NCBI GenBank assembly: GCA_046754465.1
Contig: JBHHVU010000010.1
Span: 15,067 to 79,066 of the forward strand
Origin: Nitrospinaceae bacterium
GTDB lineage: Bacteria > Nitrospinota > Nitrospinia > Nitrospinales > VA-1
Direction: 5' to 3'
DNA length: 64,000 bases
Each line of letters opens with the position of its first letter. Within the stretch, counting starts at the first letter, position 1. The notes below the pieces were generated by a model. It was not told the DNA's origin, did no database searches, and saw only the letters and a list, made by a program, of their open reading frames with translations. Below are positions 20,289-29,875 of this stretch, in pieces. The translations under genes were made by a program, and so were the position numbers.

Positions 20289-20762
20289 ATGGAATACCCC
20301 AAGGCCGGATTTTTACGGCGGTTTGCCGCTCTGTTGATTGATGTTATTATATTAGACATTTTGGGCGCTCTGGTTACAATCCCCTTGCAAAGGAAATTCG
20401 ATCTTGAGGTGGAAGATATCCTGGAACCGTTTTTAACGGGGACCCATATTGAATCTCCGGTAATGGTTTTCCTCGTTTTACAGACGGTCATCATCACGGG
20501 ATTGTGGACCTTTTATTTTACTTTTTTTATCGGCGCGGCCGGGCAGACTTTGGGAAAGAGGCTTTTGGGTCTCCGGGTGGTCCGCGACGATGGTCAGCCC
20601 ATGAATTACCAGACGGGATTCAACCGTTTCATCGGCTATTCCCTGTCCGCGAGTGTTTTCTTTTTGGGATTTTTATGGGCTCTGTTTGACAGAGAGAAAA
20701 AAGCCTGGCACGACCGGTTGTTTCGTACATCGGTGGTGAGGGTATCATTCAAAAAAAATTAA
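20289..20762 (+). CDS. RDD family membrane protein
   Basis: AGFLRRFAALLID, GQTLGKRLLGLRVV, WHDRLFRT.VV. Confidence 0.93.
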   Translation: MEYPKAGFLRRFAALLIDVIILDILGALVTIPLQRKFDLEVEDILEPFLTGTHIESPVMVFLVLQTVIITGLWTFYFTFFIGAAGQTLGKRLLGLRVVRDDGQPMNYQTGFNRFIGYSLSASVFFLGFLWALFDREKKAWHDRLFRTSVVRVSFKKN

Positions 20763-20778
20763 CCGACAGGAAACGAGG

Positions 20779-21927
20779 ATGAAGAAAAAATATCTGCTTG
20801 CCCCGGGGCCGACCCCGGTTCCGGAACACGTGGCCCTGGAAATGGCCCAGCCCATGGTTCACCATCGGACCCCGGAGTTCAGTGCCATCTTCGCGGAAGC
20901 GGCGGAGGATGCCAAATACCTTTTTCAAACCCGGGAGGAGGCGCTGATCCTGGCATCGACGGGTACGGGCGGCATGGAGGGTTGCGTGACCAATCTGTTT
21001 TCCCCCGGGGACAAAGTTCTGGTCATCAACGGCGGAAAATTTGGCGAACGCTGGGGAAAAATATCCGAAGCGTATGGGATGAACGTGATCTGGCATAACG
21101 TGGAATGGGGAAAAGCCGCCGACCCCGATGCTATCGAATCGCTCCTGGCCAAGGAAAAGGATATCCGTGGAATCCTCGTCCAGGCATCCGAAACCTCAAC
21201 GACCGCGGCCCATCCCATCGAAGCCTTGTCCCGCCTGACCCGCGGCCGGGACGATATTCTCCTGGTGGTGGACGCCATCACGGGCCTGGGAGTGTTCAAC
21301 TTGCCCATGGATGAGTGGGGGATCGACGCCATGATCACGGGTTCACAAAAAGCCCTGGAACTGCCCCCGGGACTGGCCCTGGTTGCATTGAGCGAGAAGG
21401 CCTGGAAATTCGCCGATCGATCGGCCTGCCCCCGGTTTTATTTTGATTTTAAAAAAGAAAGAAAAAATCTGGAGAACAAGACTTCCGCTTATACTCCGGC
21501 GGTTTCCCTGGTCATTGGCTTGCGCGCGGTTCTGAAAGGCATCCGTGAAGAAGGGCTGGAGAATGTGTTCCGCCGCCACGACCGCCTCGCCCGGGCCACC
21601 CGCGCGGCGGTGCAGGCCATGGGACTCCGGATGATCGCGCCCGATTCCCCCGCCAACAGCGCCACCGGGGTCTTTGTTCCGGAGGGGGTCGACGGCGCCA
21701 AATTGGTTAAAAGTATCCGTGACGATTTCGGGGTGACCCTGGCGGGAGGGCAGGACCAGTGGAAGGGGAAAATCGTCCGCATCGCCCACCTCGGATATGT
21801 AGACACCTTTGACGTCGTGATTGCTATTTCGGCCCTCGAAATGGCTTTGAAAAAGTTTGGGGCCGAGGTGAAGTTTGGTCAGGGTGGCGCCGCCGCCCAA
21901 AAGATTTTAATGGAAGCGTATCAATGA
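20779..21927 (+). CDS. Class V PLP aminotransferase (alanine-glyoxylate/serine-pyruvate family; may act as phosphoserine aminotransferase)
   Basis: PGPTPVP, HHRTPEF, STGTGGME, VDAIT, GSQKALELPPGL, RIAHLG; directly upstream of serA. Confidence 0.92.
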   Translation: MKKKYLLAPGPTPVPEHVALEMAQPMVHHRTPEFSAIFAEAAEDAKYLFQTREEALILASTGTGGMEGCVTNLFSPGDKVLVINGGKFGERWGKISEAYGMNVIWHNVEWGKAADPDAIESLLAKEKDIRGILVQASETSTTAAHPIEALSRLTRGRDDILLVVDAITGLGVFNLPMDEWGIDAMITGSQKALELPPGLALVALSEKAWKFADRSACPRFYFDFKKERKNLENKTSAYTPAVSLVIGLRAVLKGIREEGLENVFRRHDRLARATRAAVQAMGLRMIAPDSPANSATGVFVPEGVDGAKLVKSIRDDFGVTLAGGQDQWKGKIVRIAHLGYVDTFDVVIAISALEMALKKFGAEVKFGQGGAAAQKILMEAYQ

Positions 21928-22055
21928 CAGGAATCCTGAAACCCGTGAATTCTACAGGGTCTTTTCCTGGGTGACCGGTTGCCCTTGAAAAGATCCGCCA
22001 TAGGTTCGCACCGTTTCCGGGCCTGTCGCAGGTCAATTGACAACTGGAGTTTCTG

Positions 22056-23633
22056 ATGAAAATTCTTGTTTCCGACAACCTTTCTCCCGCGGGCATTGAA
22101 ATTCTGCAAAACGAGGACGGAATTAATGTGGATGTTAAAATCGGCATGCCGCGGGAGGAATTGATCCGAACCATTCCCGAATACGATGGGCTCCTCGTGA
22201 GAAGCGCCACCAAAGTCACGCGGGAGGTGATCGAGGCGGCCCGCATCCTCAAAGTGGTTGGCCGTGCCGGGATCGGCGTTGACAATATCGATCTGGATGC
22301 GGCGGGGAAAAAAGGGATCATCGTGATGAATGCGCCGGAGGGCAACGTGATTACCACCGCGGAACACACGATGGCCCTCATGCTGTCCATGGCGAGGAAT
22401 ATTCCCCAAGCCAATATTTCGCTGAAGAATAAGGAATGGTCCCCGAAAAGTTTTATGGGGGTCGAACTGTACCAGAAAACCCTGGGCATTATCGGTCTCG
22501 GGCGAATCGGGTCCGTGGTCGCCGAGCGGGCCAAGGGTTTTCAAATGAAGGTCCTGGCCTTTGATCCCTACATCCAGAAGGAACGGGCGGACAAACTGGG
22601 CGTGGAGGTGATGGAACTGAAAGAGCTCCTGCAACGGTCGGATTACCTGACCCTGCACACGCCCGGAATTTCCGGCAAACCGCTTCTCAGCGAGCCGGAA
22701 TTTTCGCTGATGAAACCGGGGGTCCGCATCGTCAACTGCGCGCGCGGCACCTTGATTGATGAAAAGGCACTCATCGATGCCATTCGTTCCAAAAAGGTGG
22801 CCCAGGCGGCCCTGGATGTCTATTCCAAGGAACCCCTGTCACCCACCAGTCCCCTGTTGGGAATGAAGGAAATCATCTGTACCCCGCACCTGGGGGCCTC
22901 CACCGAAGAAGCCCAGGAAAAGGTGGCCGTCGCAATTTGCGACCAAATGATCGACTACCTGAAATACGGGAACGTGCGTAACGCCATCAACATGCCCGCC
23001 ATCGACGCGGAAACGCTCAACAAGATCAAACCTTATCTCGTTCTGGGAGAAGATCTCGGCCTTTTCGTTTCGCAACTGATAGACGGTCCCATCCAAAAGG
23101 TGGAAATCCAGTACAATGGAGAAATCGCGCGGGAAAATGTGGAGCCCATCACCATTTCTCTCTTGAAAGGTTTGTTCACCCGGTCCATCGACGGCATCAA
23201 TATGGTCAATGCCCCTTATATTGCCAAAGAACGGGGAGTGCAGGTTCAGGAATCCAAGAGTAACGAAATCCGGGAATACCGAAACACCATTCAGGTGCGG
23301 GTTTCCACCCAGCAAGGAACACGGTTCATTATCGGAAGCATCTTTGGCAAAGGGGATCCGAGAATTGTTCAAATCGATGAGTATTGTTTCGAGGCGGTCC
23401 TGTCCAAGCACATGTTGGTGCTGAACAATATGGATTTCCCCGGGGTCATCGGCAACCTGGGAAATATCCTGGGCAAGAACAACATCAACGTCGCCGGATT
23501 TCACCTGGGCCGGCTCAAGGAGGGAGGGAAAGCCGTGGCGGTGATCAATATCGACTCGCCCCCCACGAGCGAAACCTTGCGGGAGGTGAGGGAAACCCCC
23601 AATATTCTTTCCGTAAAAAGTGTGACTCTTTAG
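22056..23633 (+). CDS. serA: D-3-phosphoglycerate dehydrogenase
   Basis: VRSATKVT, GRAGIGVDNID, GLGRIG, NCARG, TPHLGAST; ASB and ACT C-terminal domains. Confidence 0.96.
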   Translation: MKILVSDNLSPAGIEILQNEDGINVDVKIGMPREELIRTIPEYDGLLVRSATKVTREVIEAARILKVVGRAGIGVDNIDLDAAGKKGIIVMNAPEGNVITTAEHTMALMLSMARNIPQANISLKNKEWSPKSFMGVELYQKTLGIIGLGRIGSVVAERAKGFQMKVLAFDPYIQKERADKLGVEVMELKELLQRSDYLTLHTPGISGKPLLSEPEFSLMKPGVRIVNCARGTLIDEKALIDAIRSKKVAQAALDVYSKEPLSPTSPLLGMKEIICTPHLGASTEEAQEKVAVAICDQMIDYLKYGNVRNAINMPAIDAETLNKIKPYLVLGEDLGLFVSQLIDGPIQKVEIQYNGEIARENVEPITISLLKGLFTRSIDGINMVNAPYIAKERGVQVQESKSNEIREYRNTIQVRVSTQQGTRFIIGSIFGKGDPRIVQIDEYCFEAVLSKHMLVLNNMDFPGVIGNLGNILGKNNINVAGFHLGRLKEGGKAVAVINIDSPPTSETLREVRETPNILSVKSVTL

Positions 23634-23644
23634 TGTGACTCTTT
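23619..23644 (+). repeat. 13-bp tandem duplication spanning the serA stop codon
   Basis: AGTGTGACTCTTT-AGTGTGACTCTTT. Confidence 0.85.
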
Positions 23645-23722
23645 AACGAAGGGCTGAGGCCATAAAAGAAATGGGGCCGATCAGGCCCCCTGGAATCTTT
23701 TGACCGAAGGGGAAGGCCGGAA

Positions 23723-24343
23723 TCAATCCCCTTTCTGGGTGGAGGAGGCCTCGTTCGATGAGGAATCGGCTTGCGCCGGTTCGGAAACGTCCTTTTTTCC
23801 CTCCGCCGGAGTTTTCTTTTGCTGGCCGAAGACCTGGGCGATTATTTCGTTAATGATATCGGGTCCCAGCAGGTTGTAAACGGCGTTTGCCGATTTGAAG
23901 TGCGGGCTGGTGAAAAGACTGAGAACTTTCTTGCTGGTGTATCCCAGCATCATGAACTCGTGGGCATAATTTTCCGCGACCAGCCGCAGGGTGCTGTCAT
24001 CGGCATCCTCATCCCCCGTGGGCGGTCCGGCGTCGGAATGGCTGTCGGTCTGGATTTCGTACACGTAGATCAAATGCCAGCCGAATTCGGTTTTGACGGG
24101 TCCCACCACTTCCCCCTCCTGGGCGGTGAAAGCGGCCACTTCGAAGGGCCGGACCATGGAGCCTTTCCCGAACCATCCCAAATCTCCCCCGCGTTTTTTG
24201 GAAGGGCATTCGCTAAACTCTTCCGCGAGCTTTGAGAAATCCTCCCCTTCATCGATCTTCTTTTTCAATTCATCGGCCAGTTCCTTGGTGCCGACCAGGA
24301 TATGCCTTGCTTGAACCTTTTTTACTTTTTTATCTGTTGTCAT
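23723..24343 (-). CDS. Parvulin-type PPIase fused to an uncharacterised C-terminal domain
   Basis: ARHILV, FSECPS..RGGDLGWF, PFEVAAF, PVKTEFGWHLI; extra AENYAHEFMMLGY...LFTSPHF domain. Confidence 0.92.
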   Translation of the reverse strand: MTTDKKVKKVQARHILVGTKELADELKKKIDEGEDFSKLAEEFSECPSKKRGGDLGWFGKGSMVRPFEVAAFTAQEGEVVGPVKTEFGWHLIYVYEIQTDSHSDAGPPTGDEDADDSTLRLVAENYAHEFMMLGYTSKKVLSLFTSPHFKSANAVYNLLGPDIINEIIAQVFGQQKKTPAEGKKDVSEPAQADSSSNEASSTQKGD

Positions 24344-24500
24344 TCCTTTTACCCGCTTTCTAAAATGAAGATCATTGCGCGTTACCGGGGAACCCGGGAG
24401 GCACTCCAGGAGGCGGCCGCGAATGGATTGGATTGAGTTTGCCGTGGAAATCTCCCGAAAGGCCCGGAACCGGGCGGGCGGAGCGTCTGATTTTTGTATT

Positions 24501-25289
24501 TCAGTTCAATTTCAACGCACAGCATTTTTTGTATTTTTTCCCCGAACCGCAGGGACACACATCGTTGGGTTTAATTTTCCCATGAGCGATTTTTGTTTCG
24601 GCGGGCACCTTTAAAAGTTCCTGCCCGATTTTCTTGGCCTGTTTGTATCGTACCTTGAGCCGGTTGTACAGATCGGGAATGCAATGGTTGATCGCTATCA
24701 CCATATCATTTTTTTCGGGGTCGAGCTTGGCATCTTCCTCGGCCCTTAGTTTCTCATTGAAGAAATACGTATACGAGAAAATGGGAGGCTGTTTGTTGCT
24801 GTCCAGTTCAAATTTATAAAACACCAAATGGAGATCCCGGTTGTCGTTCCGCGGGTCGAGATCATAGGAATCTTCGGCGAAATATTTTTGATCGTTACAG
24901 GTGAAGTCGAGCGTTTCCTGGTTGCGGGGGAACATCTCGATATAATTGACATACTTCCCGGGCTCGAACATGAGATAGGACATGGGGTTTTTCTCCCCAT
25001 AGGCCTTGGCTTCAAAATAACGTTGCTTGAAAAGCAGGAGCAATTCGTCCGGAATGTTTTTTGCGAAATTCTTGATGATTTCAGACTGAACATTGGACCA
25101 TTTTGGCGCATTGGGGAGAGGATTATGAGTTTTGTTGAAATTCAGCAGAAAAACAAAACGGTTGTTATCGTTATCCTTGTCGCAGAACGATACCGTCACG
25201 TGTTTGCAATCGCAGAACGGGTTCGTGCAGTAATAATCTTCAAGGATATAGGTGTTCCTGTAATCCTCTTCCTCAAAACGATACGTCAT
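24501..25289 (-). CDS. SEC-C motif protein
   Basis: C-terminal PNDVCPCGSGKKYKKCC; N-terminal YCTNPFCDC. Confidence 0.9.
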   Translation of the reverse strand: MTYRFEEEDYRNTYILEDYYCTNPFCDCKHVTVSFCDKDNDNNRFVFLLNFNKTHNPLPNAPKWSNVQSEIIKNFAKNIPDELLLLFKQRYFEAKAYGEKNPMSYLMFEPGKYVNYIEMFPRNQETLDFTCNDQKYFAEDSYDLDPRNDNRDLHLVFYKFELDSNKQPPIFSYTYFFNEKLRAEEDAKLDPEKNDMVIAINHCIPDLYNRLKVRYKQAKKIGQELLKVPAETKIAHGKIKPNDVCPCGSGKKYKKCCALKLN

Positions 25290-25384
25290 GATGGACGAAA
25301 AACATTCCTGATGATTGATGACCGCGTACGATTCGATGGCCAGCCTCCTTTCCTCTGCTAAACGAATGTGTTCACGGACTGGGT

Positions 25385-25870
25385 TTAACTCGTATACCGT
25401 CCCGAGGACAAACCTCCCTTGAACCGGGTCGGGGGAGGGGCTTCCCCACTGAGATTCCGCACCGCCCGGACCGAATCTTTGGTGATTCCTTCTTTATTGG
25501 ATAAATCACCGTGACCGTATCGGTAATAAAAAACCGCGGCCGTGCTGTGGGGCCTTTCGATACTGGTCCAGGAAGTGAACCCGCCGCCGGGTGAAAAATG
25601 CGAATCCAGGTGAATTTCGATCCGGTCCATATCCCGCAACGGAAAGTCCTCATCGTATAGGCTTTCCGCCTCCTCCAGGGTAGGGAGGCGCCAGTTGGTG
25701 TACCCCGCGAATTTTTTGATATTCAATTCACGGATATACTCGCTTGCGTCGTACCAGTTCATCCATTTGCTGGTATCCTGAAAGGAATCGGTCTGTTTCC
25801 ACATCAATTGGGTTTCATGATCAGTCACGGTACCGTCCCCATTATCAACGAACCTGTTTTTTGAATCCAA
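25385..25870 (-). CDS. DUF1566 (Lcl C-terminal) domain protein 1
   Basis: FVDNGDGTVTD..TQLMW, FAGYTNWRLPT, WTS, VRAVR; TTG start. Confidence 0.9.
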   Translation of the reverse strand: MDSKNRFVDNGDGTVTDHETQLMWKQTDSFQDTSKWMNWYDASEYIRELNIKKFAGYTNWRLPTLEEAESLYDEDFPLRDMDRIEIHLDSHFSPGGGFTSWTSIERPHSTAAVFYYRYGHGDLSNKEGITKDSVRAVRNLSGEAPPPTRFKGGLSSGRYTS

Positions 25871-25963
25871 TTTCCGCCCTTTCTTCCCAATAAATTAAAA
25901 CCCCGGAGGAAAATAATTCCTTCCCTGTTCAATTAGGGAATCCTGCTGATGGAAACGAATCCG

Positions 25964-26437
25964 TCATATCAGCCCGTCCTCCTTTTCAATGTCCCGAACC
26001 AGACGGGTGGAACCCCGCGAGGTTCGATAGATGTCGTCATGAATCTGGTGTCCTTTTCGGTAACCGAATCGGATGGCCTGGATTTTATTGCGGACCGTGC
26101 TGGTCCAGCAAAGGAATCCGAATCCCGGCTCGAAAATACTGACGTGGCGCACCACCTGACCCATGTGATCCTTGTTTTCCTGGTTTTTGTCAAAAAGACT
26201 TCTGGCCTCGTCGGCGGTAGGCATGCGCCAGCCCTGGAATCCGGCATATTGTTTCTTATTAAATTCCTCGGAAAATTCCCGGGCCTGGACCCAGTTCATC
26301 CACTTGCCGGTCAATTGCCAAGTGTCTTTCTTGAGCCAGAGCAGGCGTTTGACAGTATCGATGACGGTATCGTTCCTGCCCTCTAAGAATCGGGCACCTT
26401 TATTTATCTTTGAGGAGGCCGGGTTGGTATTATTCAT
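25964..26437 (-). CDS. DUF1566 domain protein 2
   Basis: TVIDT...LLW, YAGFQGWRMPT, CWTS, TRLVR. Confidence 0.88.
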   Translation of the reverse strand: MNNTNPASSKINKGARFLEGRNDTVIDTVKRLLWLKKDTWQLTGKWMNWVQAREFSEEFNKKQYAGFQGWRMPTADEARSLFDKNQENKDHMGQVVRHVSIFEPGFGFLCWTSTVRNKIQAIRFGYRKGHQIHDDIYRTSRGSTRLVRDIEKEDGLI

Positions 26438-26509
26438 GGACCTATCGATCTGGAAAAAACATTGTTTAAAAAATCCCGATCCCTTCTGGCCGGTATCCCT
26501 TGGCGAAAA

Positions 26510-27388
26510 TCATTCCTTAAGGGTTCGCACCGGACGGACCCCGTGACTTCTCAGCCCCTGTTTATTCCACTTGTAATCCCCATTATAAAAGTGAAACCGC
26601 ATGGCCAGGGTTTTATCGGTTTTATTGAGGGTTTTGGTCCAGCAAGTGAGACCGCATCCCGGGGGAAATCCCTTGACGATGAAAACGGTATCGCCATATT
26701 TGTCGGTAACTGGGTTTGAGGGGTCATAAAGCATTTGTGCTTCCTTGCGGGTGGGCATTCGCCAGTCGCTGTAATTCGCGAACCGTTCCTTGTTCAATTC
26801 CACCAAGTACATTTTGGCTTCCTGCCAAGTCACCCACTTGTCCTTGTCAATATAGGAATCGGTGGCTTTCCACATCAATTTGGCGACGTGGTCGGTCACC
26901 GTTCCATCCTCGTTGTCGACGAAGCGTTCGATGCCCTCGTCACCCGAATCCTTTACATTTTTTCTAACGAGGCGGACCGCGCTGGGGAACCCGTCGTTTT
27001 CCTTGGCCAGCCAAAACTCGTAATTCGACCCGTAATAGAAACCCAATGCCGCGTTGGCGCCGCGGGGTTAACTGGTCCAGGTGGGATACCCCCACCCCGA
27101 TGGAAAGATGGAATTGAGGTGAATCTCCATCCCCTGAACATCCGTATTCGTGGCCTGGGGGTCGTACAGCGATTTGGCTTCCGAGGCCGTGGGGATCCGC
27201 CAATTATGGTATCCCGCGAACTTTTTTTCATTTATTTTTTTGGAATACTCAAGGCTCTCGTGCCAGGTGATCAGTCTCCCCAACTCGATCCAGGTGTCTT
27301 TTTTAATCCACATGAGATCATGTTTCAGGTCGGTGATGGTTCCATCGCCGTTGTCAACGAATTCGGATTGTTTGGTTTTTGTATCCAT
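26510..27388 (-). pseudogene. Two-domain DUF1566 protein 3 interrupted by an in-frame TAA at 27068-27070
   Basis: ORFs 27068-27388 and 26510-27046 share a frame (879 nt = 293 codons); reads ...YPTWTS*PRGANAALGFYY...AVRLVR then a second complete domain. Confidence 0.85.
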
Positions 27389-27413
27389 CAGGCTCGATTC
27401 AAGTTCTCAGTAA

Positions 27414-27899
27414 TTACCGGCGCACCGGCGGACGGGTATGGTCTCTTTTGACGGGGTCCTTCCGGCACAGTCTCACCGCGCCGAAACTGTATTCATCCGC
27501 CGTGGTGGTCGTTCCATCCATGAATTCGAAACGGGGACGCCGCGTGGAGGTGTCTCCCATGAGCCAGCTGAATTTGAAGGCTCCCTCGGGAAACAGGGGA
27601 TCAATATGAATGGCCGCGCCGCCCTTCGCGGTATTTTCAAGATTTTCGTCATAAAGAGTGACTGCGTCATTGAATGTGGGCAGCCGCCAGTCATTGAATC
27701 CGCCGATCTTCCGCATGTTTTTGTTGTCCGCGTAATCCCGCGCCTCATGCCAGTTGAAGAATTTTCCTTTATCCTGCCAGGAATCCTTTTTCAGCCAGAA
27801 AATCCGAGTTTGATTGTCGAATATGACGTGGGGTCCCTTTTCCACGAAGCGTTTGGGTTTTGTGTCTTGTTCCTGGATTTGGGGAAGTTTTTCGTTCAT
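27414..27899 (-). CDS. DUF1566 domain protein 4
   Basis: FNWHEARDY, GGFNDWRLPT, IHIDPLF, AVRLCR. Confidence 0.88.
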   Translation of the reverse strand: MNEKLPQIQEQDTKPKRFVEKGPHVIFDNQTRIFWLKKDSWQDKGKFFNWHEARDYADNKNMRKIGGFNDWRLPTFNDAVTLYDENLENTAKGGAAIHIDPLFPEGAFKFSWLMGDTSTRRPRFEFMDGTTTTADEYSFGAVRLCRKDPVKRDHTRPPVRR

Positions 27900-28022
27900 T
27901 ATGGACCTTCACCTCCAACTGGTTTGGATAAAATCCTTTCCGGAATTCCCGCGTGCCAAAGACTCCCGGAAAAGAAATGAAATGGGTTTCCTCCCTGCAA
28001 GGAGGGTTTCCCGCTAGAAAAT

Positions 28023-28241
28023 TTATTCGGGGGCATAACCGATTTCTACATTTCCCTCATCCACTTCCACAATTACGGGAACAACATACTGGCCGTTGGA
28101 ATATTCCAGCAGTTTCTTGAGGCCGTGCGGGTTGGCATCCACATTAATGTAAATGAAGGATTTATTCTGCCTTAAGAAATCTTCTCGCGCCTTTTTGGTG
28201 TGCGGACAATTGTCCTTACCAAAAATTATGTAATGACTCAT
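28023..28241 (-). CDS. Glutaredoxin-like protein (CxxT; resembles Uxx-star family)
   Basis: IIFGKDNCPHTKKARE, YINV, cis-Pro motif VVPVIV. Confidence 0.8.
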   Translation of the reverse strand: MSHYIIFGKDNCPHTKKAREDFLRQNKSFIYINVDANPHGLKKLLEYSNGQYVVPVIVEVDEGNVEIGYAPE

Positions 28242-28295
28242 AGTCGTTTTTGGGGACAAAAGGGATCAAATCCTCGATGCATCCGTTCCCGTGCC

Positions 28296-28928
28296 TCACC
28301 GTGCGAATTTTTTCGATTTATCACGCCATTCCGGTTCCCACTCGTCCTTCACTTCATCCCGGACGACGCGGACGTGGGAGTATTCATTGTCCTTATGTTC
28401 CCAGACATCGGTTCCCGTCACGTAACTGAACTTAAGGGCATATTGCTGGTAGTCCGGTTTTTCATCATAGGTCCAGGTATTGTGTCCCTGGCCCGAATCG
28501 AAAATGGAGTCGATATGGATTTCAGCGCCGTCCTTATCGTAATTGCTCTTGGTGAAGGAGAAGAGGGTTTTCGCGTCCTCGAAACTGGCAAGCCGCCAAT
28601 CGTCATAGCCGGCAAAGTTTTTTTCATTCAGCGACTCGCAATAATCGTGAGCCTCGAACCAATTGATGCCATAACCGAATTCTCCGTAGGAGTCCGATTT
28701 TTTCCACATCAGGTTATTTCGGGGGTCGCTGATCGTGCCGTTTCCATTATCGACAAGGGTGGGAACTTCTTCTTCAGCCAGGGCCTCCTCGTCTTCTTCC
28801 AACCACTCTTCTTCCCCGATCCATTCTTCCCCGGCGTACTCCTCCTCATCTTCCTGATGGCTGGGGTTTTTCTCTTCGGTTTTTTCTTCGTTGAGTTTCT
28901 GTTCGTTGAGTTTTTTTTCGTCGGACAT
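28296..28928 (-). CDS. DUF1566 domain protein 5 with acidic N-terminal extension
   Basis: About 54 aa Glu-rich leader then LVDNGNGTISD...LMW, FAGYDDWRL, VRVVR. Confidence 0.9.
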   Translation of the reverse strand: MSDEKKLNEQKLNEEKTEEKNPSHQEDEEEYAGEEWIGEEEWLEEDEEALAEEEVPTLVDNGNGTISDPRNNLMWKKSDSYGEFGYGINWFEAHDYCESLNEKNFAGYDDWRLASFEDAKTLFSFTKSNYDKDGAEIHIDSIFDSGQGHNTWTYDEKPDYQQYALKFSYVTGTDVWEHKDNEYSHVRVVRDEVKDEWEPEWRDKSKKFAR

Positions 28929-29026
28929 GGTTTTTACCTATAACTTATCAAAGGTCCAAATGGGTTTCCGTGATATCCCGGATGAAGGATCCGGTGAAAT
29001 TATTGATCCGAAGGGCAGTCTCTTTT

Positions 29027-29467
29027 TCATATGTCGCGTACCAGCCGGGCCGATGTCCCCGTGGTCGATACGCTTTGTTCGACACAAACCTCCCGCTTGA
29101 TTGGAAAATAACTCTTCCAGGCATAGGAATCGAACCGTGTTTCACAAGTCCAGAGACTGGTTTCCCCTCCCGCCTGGTAGTTGGCCACCCGTCGCGAAGG
29201 TTTCTTGGGTTGCTTTAAAAAAATTTCCCGGTATGCATCCTGGTCCCGGAACAAGGAACGCACTTCGCTTTTGGTGGGAAGCCTCCAATTGTCATATCCC
29301 AAATATTTCTGTTCGTTGCAGGCTTTGACGAAGGCATTGGCCTCATCCCAATTGAGCCATTTTGCCAGTTCCTGGCGGGAGTCCTTGATAGCCCACTGCA
29401 AATCTTCCTCGGTGTCAGTTACCGTACCATCACCGTTGATAATAAAATGTTTGACTGTCTCTGGCAA
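29027..29467 (-). CDS. DUF1566 domain protein 6
   Basis: NGDGTVTDTEEDLQW, YLGYDNWRLPT, LWT, ARLVR; TTG start. Confidence 0.88.
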   Translation of the reverse strand: MPETVKHFIINGDGTVTDTEEDLQWAIKDSRQELAKWLNWDEANAFVKACNEQKYLGYDNWRLPTKSEVRSLFRDQDAYREIFLKQPKKPSRRVANYQAGGETSLWTCETRFDSYAWKSYFPIKREVCVEQSVSTTGTSARLVRDI

Positions 29468-29875
29468 GGCAAACCCTTTTTTTTCGAATACGAAGGAAAA
29501 TAAAAAAACACTCTATTCTTTGCGTTCATTCATTCCGGATGAAAACCATCTTGCTCCAACAATATACCTTTGGCGCAATCATCTGGAACAGGCCAAACAT
29601 AATTGAATGAAATGAAGAACTAAAGTGTTCTCAATCCTGGACAATAGTATTGTACTGGGTCAGGGGATTTAATTTCAATAAGGTAACACCAGGAGGGTAA
29701 ATTTTCAAGCCAAATTCAAGAGAAAAGAAAACCCGGAAACCCGTTTGCCCGGTGCGGAAAGGCATTCTCCGGGCTCCCGTTCAATTCTTCCATTGCGGAA
29801 GGGGGATGGAAAAAACAAAAAGGGCATGTTAGGAAACAGTCCCAATATCTGAATACCGGTTTGGGGAAGGTGCGG

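Noticed and set aside
27068..27070. Selenocysteine or pyrrolysine recoding of the internal stop
   Set aside because: The codon is TAA, and TAA serves as a normal stop in many genes here
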